DNA of 64,000 bases from Balanoglossus misakiensis (taxonomy: Eukaryota; Animalia; Hemichordata). How positions within the stretch are numbered: the stretch's first letter is position 1; each line of letters opens with the position of its first letter. This document shows, piece after piece, positions 23,301-32,443 of the stretch. The position numbers and the translations under genes were made by a program. Location of the stretch: assembly GCA_040954595.2 (NCBI GenBank), contig CM082580.2, positions 1,788,783 through 1,852,782 of the forward strand, read 5' to 3'. A model generated the notes under the pieces. It saw only the letters and a list, made by a program, of their open reading frames with translations. It did no database searches and had not been told where the DNA came from.

Positions 23301-26300
23301 GAAATTTGAAGGGCATGTTAATTAAATTTGAAAGGCATTGTTGTGCAAGTTGCCAACAGTGACACTTTGTAGGGATTTTGTGTATGCTTTACTGTATTGC
23401 TATACATTGTACTGAATAAGGTTATTTGGTTCTTTTTTGCCAGGTTTTGGTGACGAAACATATGTGACGGTAAGTGTTATAGATATAGCAGGGGAGTTGA
23501 AGAGCATTCTAGTATGTAACGGTGTGGTCATCATAGAGCTGGTGAAGAGCTTGTGTACTATATGTATGCTTGTGTACCAGTATAATTGACCGTATCCTGG
23601 GACATGATTGAAATTGAAAATGTTGTGTTGCAGCTGTAATGACAATACCCTAGTTATGGTGTAGTTTGATGTCCGCGAACAGTACAGAATTTTGGTGAGC
23701 AGAGCTGGTATTCAACATGTATATTTCACCTCTGTATCGGCATTATTGATGCTATTTGTGAAGAGGGATGTATTATTTCAATTGCATGGTGGAAAAACAT
23801 GAGAACAAGTAATGCAAAAATTAAAATGGGGAAGGCACTGGAAAATGTGGATTGTTTGATCAACAATGAGTTAACTTGTGTGTGGTGATGGTAATCATGT
23901 CAAATATTTTTCAGATGCCTCGTAAGAAGAACTGGAGGAGGAGTGATGCGCAGAAGAAGCGGTTGGGTTTGGGTCGTGTCCCACCAACCAGTGGAATTGT
24001 CACTCAGGGCCCACGTGTCCTGTTTGACCAAAACAATGAAAATGAATGTGGAAATATTGTCCTTCGGGACTCAAATGACTCTGCAAATGCTGTCCTTCGG
24101 GACTCAAATGACTCTGCAAATGCTGTCCCTCGGGACTCAAATGACTCTGCAAATGCTGTCCCTCGGGACTCAAATGACTCTGCAAATGCTGTCCCTCGGG
24201 ACTCAAATGACTCTGCAAATGCTGTCCCTCGGGAATCAAATGACTCTGCAAATGCTGTCCCCCGGGACTCAAATGACTCTGCAAATGCTGTCCCCCGGGA
24301 CTCAAATGAGTCTGCAAAAGCTGTCCCCCGGGACTCAAATGACTCTGCAAATGCTGTCCCCCGGGACTCAAATGATGCTGTCCCCCGGGACTCAAATGAC
24401 TCTGCAAATGCTGTCCCCCGGGACTCAAATGACTCTGCAAATGCTGTCCCCCGGGACTCAAATGACTCTGCAAATGCTGTCCCCCGGGACTCAAATGACT
24501 CTGCAAATGCTGTCCCCCGGGACTCAAATGACTCTGCAAATGCTGTCCCCCGGGACTCAAATGACTCTGCAAATGCTGTCCCTCGGGACTCAAATGACTC
24601 TGCAAATGCTGTCCCTCGGGACTCAAATGACTCTGCAAATGCTGTCCCTCGGGACTCAAGTGAATGTGGAAATATTGTCCCTCGGGACTCAAATGACATT
24701 GTTGATAACCAAGGAGATGGAAAAGGAATTGTGATTGAGAGTGAATTTGAGGTGGATTGTAATGTGATGACAGAAGTTAGTATTGTTAATGCTAGTGATG
24801 AAATTCATATACCCTCAGTGACGGAATTGGAGTGTGGGAGAAATGACTCAGACGATTTGTGTATTCAAAGTGAAATAAGGAATGTATTATTATTTTCTCC
24901 CATGTCACCTACCATGCGTCAAGAGTTGTGCGACAAACTTCACATTCAAAATGAAAACAATGATTTGGTGAATAAAATGTACAGTGTTGAAACAGGTGAA
25001 CCGTGTAGTATGAAATCAATTATTGGCGATGGTAATTGTTTATTTAGATCCTTGTCATATGCTATAAGTGGTAGTGAGAGAAATCACAGACTGATGCGAC
25101 AAACAATTGTTAATCACTTGAAAGTGAATGAGAAAGCATATTTAAAGTTCCTGAATGTAATAGGGTATTCAGACTATATTGAGAAGTCTAGAATGGATTG
25201 CCTTCATGTATGGGGTTCTGATTTGGAGATCTTGGTGGGCGCAGACCTCTTGAACACTGACATTTATGTCTATAGTAGTGGTCAATGGTGGAAACATCCT
25301 TGCAATAAATTTAATAAGAGGAATTGTAGTCGAGGTGATGGTATCTATATTAATCATGTGAATCGAAATCATTTTGAAGTTGTTGAGTGTGTCAAGACAC
25401 CAAACTTGGAAACCTGTCACTGTACACATAATGATTGTGATGTACAAATGCTGAGTGTAAATGTGACTGACAACTTGGAATGTGTCACTGGAGACATTTC
25501 TACTTCACGAAGGAAGTGTCTAAATGAGAAAGGAATTGTGAATGACAATGTAGAACCGCAGAGGAATAAAACACGAGTTAAGGGACAAAGGCGCTTGAGT
25601 GCAAGGCTTCAAAAGGAACTAAGAAGAGAGAGATACCAAAGAGAAAAAAGTATGGTGAGTGCAATTAATAAGACAAGGAGCAGTAGAGCTGATAGACAGC
25701 GTGCGTTGTATCATAGTAATTGTGAAATAAGAGAGCAACTGAAATTGAAAAGTAAAATAAAGTACCATGAAGATATAACATACAAAGAAGTTAAGAAACA
25801 GAAATTGTCAGAGAAGTACCGGCTGGATGCTATGTTTCGTGAAGCCTCGAAGGTGAAATTGTCAGAGAAGTACCGGCATGACACATTGTATCGTGAAGCA
25901 AAGAAGGGAAAATTTTCAGAGAAATATGAGCATGACAAATTGTTTTGTGAATCTGAGAAATTAAGATTTTCAAACAAATATCAGGGGAACAGAGAATTAC
26001 GTGATAAGAAAAAATCAGAATTTTGTGAACAATATAGACAAATTCCCCTGGTCAGAGAAAATCAGCAGAGACAATGTTCACAAAGGTACAAACAAAACCC
26101 TGACTATCGAGAGAGTGTATTGGAAAGAAGTAGAAATAAGATAAAGCAGAGCAAAATTCAAAAGAGAAATTTAGAGCATGTTGTTGCTGCATTCCGGAAT
26201 CAGGTATCAAATGGTCCTGACTGTGTGTGTTCTGTTTGTCACAGGCGACTTTTCAGAAAGCAAGTAATTCTTTGCAAAAGAGAAAAGTATGGGAGTAAAA

Positions 26301-29300
26301 TAGCATCATGTGATATTGCTGAGAATTGCATTAGAGAAGAGTATGTACATACATGTAGTTTACTATGTCCTGTTGAGTGCCCACTTGAGAATAGTGCAGC
26401 TAGTAAGGTGTGGATTTGTTACACATGTGACACTAAATTGATGCGTGGAAAGATGTCAGTTGCAAACAATCTGCATGTAAATGCAATTCCTTGTGAATTG
26501 GAATGCCTCAATTCTCTAGAGCAACATCTGATTGCATTGCATATTCCATTTATGAAAATGCTTGCATTGCCAAAAGGTGGGCAGAATGGTGTTCATGCAC
26601 CTGTTGTATGTGTCCCATCTAATATAGAGAAAGCTACAAGTATTTTGCCACGAGGTGAATTGGATGATCAAATGATAAAGGTGAAACTGAAGCGAAAATT
26701 GACTTACAAGGGAAGTTATCAGTATCAGTTTGTAACAAAAAGCCACATTCAGAATGCATTGGATTACTTAAGGAGAAATAACAAGTGGTATAGTGATGTG
26801 AAATTCAATGTGGATTGGGAAAACAGTCTTGAAAAAACAAAAGATGAACCCTCAGAAATCAGAGATATTTATGATGATGTGCCATCAGATGCAGATGATG
26901 AAAATGAACCTGAGAAAGATACTAATGGAATATTCATGGACACATGCTTTCAACCAGTTGATATAGGTCAGGATATTCTCGATTATCACTTTGAAGATAT
27001 AATCTATGTTGCTCCTGCAGAGGGTAATACACCTGTTAGTGTTTTGATGGTGAAATTCAATGAAGCAAAGTGTTTCCCAGTATTATTTCCAACTGGGTCA
27101 CCAACATTTCATGATGAAAGAGAGGTTAACATAACTATCAATCAATACTTGCAAAGTCGTTTGTTGAATGCAAGCAACAGATTTGCACAAAATACAGACT
27201 ACATATTTTATTCACAATATCTGTCAGAAATGGATCAGGTGGTATCTAATGTATCTATTGCATTGAGAAAAGGAACTGCACATGCTTGTGGCAAAAAAGT
27301 AACGTCTGATGTTTTGACTGACCGAGAATCTTTGCAAAACATTTTGAAGTGTGATGAAGGTTACAAGTTTTTGAAACCTATCAGAGGGACACCCCCTTAC
27401 TGGCAAGCTACACAGAAAGATTTGTTTGCGATGATCAGACAGCTAGGTATACCAACATGGTTCTGTTCATTTTCATCTGCTGATTTACGATGGAAAGAAC
27501 TGATCGAGACATTACTTCGTGGTGAAGGTGATACACGTAATGCAGAGGATCTTGATTGGTCTGAGAAATGTGGTATTTTGAAGCGTAACCCAGTAACAGC
27601 TGCAAGAATGTTTGATCATCGGTTTCAATGTTTTCTGAAAGATGTCATTATGTCACCAGCCAATCCTATTGGCAAAATCAAAGATTACTTTTATCGAGTA
27701 GAATTCCAACAACGTGGGTCACCCCACACACACTGCTTATTTTGGGTTGAAAATGCACCCAGAGTAGACAAGGATTCTGATGATGAAGTGGTTGATTTTG
27801 TTGACAGTTATGTTACGTGTGAAATGCCATCATCTGAGAATGATGAAGAATTACATGACATTGTGAAGTCAGTTCAGAAACACAGCACACGCCACTCAAA
27901 ATCTTGCAAGAAGAAAAATACTAAATGTAGATTTAATTTTCCACGGCCACCATCACAACAAACATTTGTATGCCGCCCTGTTGACAGTGTGGTGATTAAA
28001 GTACCAGAAGATCTAGAAAAGGCAGAAAATCGTGAAGCGTTTGAAATTGCCGTTTCACAGATGAGTGTTTCACCAGTGGAGCAAATGATGGCTACAAAAC
28101 TTCTAGAGAAAGTTTGGGTGGCAATAAATGACAAGGAGAAAGAGTATGATACCATAGATGACTTATTTGAGGAAGCTGGTATATCTCAGGAAACCTACGA
28201 GAGAGCACATTCAATCGTTTCAAAAAAGACAAGTATAGTTATGAAACGTCAGCCGAACGATGTGTGGGTACACCAATACAATCCTTGTCTTCTGCGTTGT
28301 TGGAATGCAAATATGGATATCCAGTTTGTTGTTGATGCATATGCATGTGTGGTGTATATTGTATCATACATCTCTAAGGCAGAAAGAGAAATGGGTTTAC
28401 TTCTTGAACATGCTCAGAAAGAAGCTAACAAAGAAGGAAATATGGATGCGAAATCTGCATTGCAACAGTTGGGCAGTGTTTATCTGCACAACAGAGAAGT
28501 GAGTGCCCAAGAGTCTGTATATAGAGTGTGCGGATTGAAACTGAAGCAATCATCTCGAAAAGTCCAGTTTATTCCAACTGGAGAAAATCCTATTAAAATG
28601 AGTTTGCCATTTGCTGCAATAAAAAGCAAAATGAAGGGTGATGAGGTCGATGAGGAAAGCATTCGGATGCACAGCATCGTTGACAGATACAAGAAGAGAC
28701 CAAATGGGATAGATTTTGATAGCATGTGTCTTGCTACATTTTGCTCAGAATACAGAATAGTTTCAAAATCAGAAGTTGTAAATGTCAATGATGAGAAACG
28801 ACAGAATCAACTAGTAAAGTTACAAAGTGATAACGGTTACATGCAAAAGAGATCTCGAACTGAACCCGCTGTCATCAGATATGCAAGATTCTCAGTGACA
28901 AAATATCCAGAGAAGTATTACCGCAGTATGTTAGAACTCTTTCTACCACACCGGGTTGATTCACAACTGAAACCTAGAGGTTTTGAATCCTACGAGGATT
29001 TCTATCGTGTTGGTGCTGTGAAATGTGGATCTGAATCTGTAGAAAAAGTGAATGTCATAGTGGAAAGAAACAAAGCACTGTATGAAAAAGAGGCTGATGC
29101 TGTTGATATGGCTGAAGAATTCCTTGGTGGGAATAATGAACCACTGGAAGATGCATGGGCACAAATCTGCCCAGAAAATGAATTAGACAGATTAGAATGT
29201 ATTGAGGAAGGCAAAAAATGCAATGATGGTGATGATGGAGATGAAACAGATGATATTCCAGAGTTGGTGGCAAAAGCGCAAGGTGACTGCAGTGTAGAGA

Positions 29301-29799
29301 TTTCTACTTCGACATCAAGAGCAGAGATTGCAGCAATGTGTAGATCATTGAACAAAAAACAGACAGAAATCTTTTATAGTGTGAGACAGTGGTGTTTGGA
29401 TAAAAGCAATGGAAAGAATCCAGAGCCTTTTTATTTATTTGTGAGTGGTGGTGCTGGCACTGGGAAAAGCCATTTGATCAAGACGTTGCATCATGAAGCC
29501 AAACGAATTCTAGCTCGTGTATTGCCATCCCCTGATGAGGTCTCTGTAATGCTGACTGCTCCAACTGGTGTAGCTGCTTTTAATATTGAAGGAGAAACAC
29601 TGCACCATGCATTTTCAATAGCAGTAGACTCAAAGCTGCCGTATCAGCCACTGCATGAGGAAAGGATAAACAGTCTCCGTTCAAAACTTGGAAATGTGGA
29701 AATTGTAATAATAGATGAAATTTCTATGGTTGATAAGAAGTTAATGCACTACGTTCATGGGAGATTAAGACAACTCAAACAACGCTCAAGTCAGTCAAA
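20371..29799 (+). mobile_element. Autonomous-type Helentron 1, 3'-truncated
   Basis: Begins with the same terminus as copies B and C, then ~180-bp units to ~21.3 kb, a unique GT-rich leader, and the Rep-helicase ORF. Confidence 0.8.
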
Positions 29800-29812
29800 C
29801 ACAACGACATAG
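23915..29812 (+). CDS. Helentron Rep/helicase transposase (OTU protease, Zn finger, HUH Rep, N-terminal part of Pif1 helicase), truncated
   Basis: The ATG follows a splice acceptor (ttttcag|ATG). OTU: GDGNCLFRSLS..WGSDLEI..NHFE. Zn finger: CSVCHR..WICYTC. Rep: FYRVEFQQRGSPHTHCLFW and YIVSYISKAE. Helicase: GGAGTGKS, APTGVAA, IIDEISMV. The ORF reads into a TIR at 29800 and stops. Confidence 0.93.
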   Translation: MPRKKNWRRSDAQKKRLGLGRVPPTSGIVTQGPRVLFDQNNENECGNIVLRDSNDSANAVLRDSNDSANAVPRDSNDSANAVPRDSNDSANAVPRDSNDSANAVPRESNDSANAVPRDSNDSANAVPRDSNESAKAVPRDSNDSANAVPRDSNDAVPRDSNDSANAVPRDSNDSANAVPRDSNDSANAVPRDSNDSANAVPRDSNDSANAVPRDSNDSANAVPRDSNDSANAVPRDSNDSANAVPRDSSECGNIVPRDSNDIVDNQGDGKGIVIESEFEVDCNVMTEVSIVNASDEIHIPSVTELECGRNDSDDLCIQSEIRNVLLFSPMSPTMRQELCDKLHIQNENNDLVNKMYSVETGEPCSMKSIIGDGNCLFRSLSYAISGSERNHRLMRQTIVNHLKVNEKAYLKFLNVIGYSDYIEKSRMDCLHVWGSDLEILVGADLLNTDIYVYSSGQWWKHPCNKFNKRNCSRGDGIYINHVNRNHFEVVECVKTPNLETCHCTHNDCDVQMLSVNVTDNLECVTGDISTSRRKCLNEKGIVNDNVEPQRNKTRVKGQRRLSARLQKELRRERYQREKSMVSAINKTRSSRADRQRALYHSNCEIREQLKLKSKIKYHEDITYKEVKKQKLSEKYRLDAMFREASKVKLSEKYRHDTLYREAKKGKFSEKYEHDKLFCESEKLRFSNKYQGNRELRDKKKSEFCEQYRQIPLVRENQQRQCSQRYKQNPDYRESVLERSRNKIKQSKIQKRNLEHVVAAFRNQVSNGPDCVCSVCHRRLFRKQVILCKREKYGSKIASCDIAENCIREEYVHTCSLLCPVECPLENSAASKVWICYTCDTKLMRGKMSVANNLHVNAIPCELECLNSLEQHLIALHIPFMKMLALPKGGQNGVHAPVVCVPSNIEKATSILPRGELDDQMIKVKLKRKLTYKGSYQYQFVTKSHIQNALDYLRRNNKWYSDVKFNVDWENSLEKTKDEPSEIRDIYDDVPSDADDENEPEKDTNGIFMDTCFQPVDIGQDILDYHFEDIIYVAPAEGNTPVSVLMVKFNEAKCFPVLFPTGSPTFHDEREVNITINQYLQSRLLNASNRFAQNTDYIFYSQYLSEMDQVVSNVSIALRKGTAHACGKKVTSDVLTDRESLQNILKCDEGYKFLKPIRGTPPYWQATQKDLFAMIRQLGIPTWFCSFSSADLRWKELIETLLRGEGDTRNAEDLDWSEKCGILKRNPVTAARMFDHRFQCFLKDVIMSPANPIGKIKDYFYRVEFQQRGSPHTHCLFWVENAPRVDKDSDDEVVDFVDSYVTCEMPSSENDEELHDIVKSVQKHSTRHSKSCKKKNTKCRFNFPRPPSQQTFVCRPVDSVVIKVPEDLEKAENREAFEIAVSQMSVSPVEQMMATKLLEKVWVAINDKEKEYDTIDDLFEEAGISQETYERAHSIVSKKTSIVMKRQPNDVWVHQYNPCLLRCWNANMDIQFVVDAYACVVYIVSYISKAEREMGLLLEHAQKEANKEGNMDAKSALQQLGSVYLHNREVSAQESVYRVCGLKLKQSSRKVQFIPTGENPIKMSLPFAAIKSKMKGDEVDEESIRMHSIVDRYKKRPNGIDFDSMCLATFCSEYRIVSKSEVVNVNDEKRQNQLVKLQSDNGYMQKRSRTEPAVIRYARFSVTKYPEKYYRSMLELFLPHRVDSQLKPRGFESYEDFYRVGAVKCGSESVEKVNVIVERNKALYEKEADAVDMAEEFLGGNNEPLEDAWAQICPENELDRLECIEEGKKCNDGDDGDETDDIPELVAKAQGDCSVEISTSTSRAEIAAMCRSLNKKQTEIFYSVRQWCLDKSNGKNPEPFYLFVSGGAGTGKSHLIKTLHHEAKRILARVLPSPDEVSVMLTAPTGVAAFNIEGETLHHAFSIAVDSKLPYQPLHEERINSLRSKLGNVEIVIIDEISMVDKKLMHYVHGRLRQLKQRSSQSNTTT
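24052..24697 (+). repeat. Coding 33-bp minisatellite (~19 copies of NAVPRDSNDSA) in the Helentron ORF
   Basis: Unit GCTGTCCCYCGGGACTCAAATGACTCTGCAAAT, directly visible; one unit has an in-frame 12-bp deletion. Confidence 0.97.
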
Positions 29813-30364
29813 AAATCCCAATTTCCGAAAAACAAGGTTTTTTGAGATTTTTTTGACAAAATAGTTAAAAATCCTTAATAAATTACATTGATTCTTGTAT
29901 ATTATCAACCAAAAATTAAAAAGCTAACAAATATAACTTTGAACTGACTTTTTTTCTTAATTTTATTCTAGAATCAGGAAAACACTGGAATTTGTGTCTT
30001 TGGTTAATATCCAGGAAAAACATATATTTGGAATAATTTCCCGGAATTGCCTTGTCAGACTTTTAATTTTCCTCAAAAAAAAATACGCACAACTTATACT
30101 TGCTTTTATCCTTGGACAAATACTTATTTTTTTAGCATTTGTTCAGAACTTGTAGCAACAAATGTTGATGAGGCAAGTTTTTTCTTGGAAATATACTAAC
30201 ACGCAAAGAATGGCTTTTTGGACAGAATATTTCTATATAAAATCAGAGTTTTATTGCACTTAAAAATAATACATCAAAAATTGACAAAGAAAAATCAGAA
30301 TTTCTAGGCATTCAAAAGTGTACTTAATTTTTCTATTGAAAAAAACATGTTTTCTTTTACTGTA

Positions 30365-30597
30365 TCTCTGCCAATCGGCAGAAAGTCTGCCTTTTAGCCT
30401 TCCAAGCAAGATACAAGATAGTCAACTCTGCCAATTGGCAGAGGCCAGAGACAAGATGGCTGACTCTGCCAATTGGCAGAGGCCAGAGACAAGATGGCTG
30501 ACTCTGCCAATTGGCAGAGGCCAGAGACAAGATGGCTGACTCTGCCAATTGGCAGAGGCCAGAGACAAGATGGCTGACTCTGCCAATTGGCAGAGAC
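30365..30597. repeat. 38-bp tandem repeat with palindromic core CTCTGCCAATTGGCAGAG
   Basis: Copies at 30425, 30463, 30501, 30539 and 30577, plus a degenerate copy at 30365. Confidence 0.95.
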
Positions 30598-31877
30598 ACA
30601 CATTACACATCCACTCGCTTAAAATATAAAAACTCCTGGAAATTTTACAATGAAAACTTTTCTGGGTCCAAAATGGTTATGAGAGTGACTTGGCCAATCA
30701 TAGAGCATCTCCATTGATGTCGTTGTTCCCTGAAAAGAAAAAAAAAAGCATTCCATATGTAAAATATAATAAAAGCGCGACTTTAAAGGTTGTGGAACAA
30801 ACATCAAATACATGTTACATAACTTACAATAAAGAACGCGATCACAACACAGGTGTGTGGTCGGAAAGGGTGGTCTTTCCTGACACACATGCCCATCGTT
30901 GAGGAATGTTGCTGGCTACAAAACTTCACGGGACGGCGACACAGTCACCATACATCACGGAAACAGAGAGACCTAGTGGACGACACTCATTCTTACCTTA
31001 TGGGTGTCCTTGTAAGCTTGACACGTATTCAATGGCCAGAACGGTTCACCCTTGCGCTTGTTGATCAGCCTGGAAGTTTTCTTCGATTCTTGTTTATTTA
31101 CTTAAAGTGCACCGGTCTTCTTCCACAAGATAGCAACGCTATAACGTTGGACGTTGACAGTTTGCGCTGGGCACTCTGCTCACACCCGGGTTTGAATCGC
31201 ATCGTTGAGAACTTGGCGAAAACCGTCGCTGTCCACAGAAACAATAGAAATTTCCGACAATCCGGAGATTTTTATTGTTCCATAGATATGTTTGGCGATT
31301 CACACCTTAGCCGCGTGGGTCGCCACCTTTGTGCCTGGATATATCTTATAACCCTTAACCTTTACTATTCAAATTAGTATTAGAGAATAGATAAACCATT
31401 ATGTTTAGGTTGGGCCAACCTTGGGAAAGGCGCTTCAATGATTGAGTATGTTTTCAGTAAAAAATACGAACTGACGGATATATGTTACTGAAATCTTACA
31501 TGGGTTATAATTTTTCAGTATGACTACTTTCTAGTATTTCTAGCTAGTAAAAGTCCAACTACTTCGCCTACTTGACCGGTGCTTTAAATCAGGAAACCCT
31601 TCAATTGAATGGAATCTACCTAGTGACTGTGCCAAAACTAACTAAAACTTAAGCTGGCCGGCAGCGTTCGAGGTCAGGGCTACTGCCAGGTTGTTCGGCC
31701 GTGTATCGGGGCCGTCTTCTGCGCCCGTCAGCATGTCGATTAATGGCAGTATTTTTTTCATCAACCAGTACGCAATTTGATTCAAGTGACGAATATGTCG
31801 TGCTCAGCGATCGTGCGCTCGAAAATACGTGCTCACTTGTGCAATTTGATAGCGACGATGAGCAGGAACTGGTACGT

Positions 31878-32130
31878 CAGCCTGGAAATCTTGCCGATTG
31901 GCAGTAGTCTTGTACAGCCTGAAAATCCTGCCAATTGGCACGGAGTCTTATACAGCCTGGAAATCTTGCCGATTGGCAGGAGTCTTGCACAGCCTGAAAA
32001 TCCTGCCAATTGGCAGGAGTCTTGTACAACCTGGAAATCTTGCCAATTGGCAGGAGTCTAGTACCTGAAAATCCTGCCAATTGGCAGGGATTTCTAAGTC
32101 GTTGCGGTTTTCCTGCCAATTGGCAAGATT
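31878..32130. repeat. ~37-bp tandem repeat with core TGCCAATTGGCA
   Basis: About six or seven units of AAATCYTGCCRATTGGCAGGAGTCTTGTACAGCCTG. Confidence 0.92.
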
Positions 32131-32443
32131 TCAAGCTATACAAGATTCCTTTCCCATTGACAATTAAACTGCGCTCGTTTTTCTGTTAAAAAAAGTCGAA
32201 TCAAATTTAGCATCGCTCAAAGTTAGTTTTTTATTCAATAAAAATAATAATGAGGGTCTTTAATGTAACATTTAGGCACTTTTCCATTGAAAAATCAATT
32301 TCAAAATTTCGCTTTGACAACCATAGGTTTTTTTCAAAGGAATTTGGTAATTTTTGTTTGGGCTGACATTGATAATGAGTATTTCCATACAAAAATCCGA
32401 TTTTATCTTCGTTTTCGAAAATTGGGATTTCTATGTCGTTGTG

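Larger units (their letters stand above)
29800..32443. mobile_element. Non-autonomous TIR DNA transposon with CAC...GTG ends and subterminal repeats (CACTA/EnSpm-Chapaev 'CMC'-like); no TSD
   Basis: CACAACGACATAGAAATCCCAATTT at 29800 and its exact reverse complement ending at 32443. Confidence 0.85.

Noticed and set aside
23943-24734. Alternative-frame and antisense ORFs of 230-263 aa
   Set aside because: Shadows of the 33-bp coding minisatellite.
32354-32443. N-terminal 30 aa of the 838-aa ORF
   Set aside because: It lies inside the TIR of the inserted DNA transposon and is a fortuitous in-frame extension.
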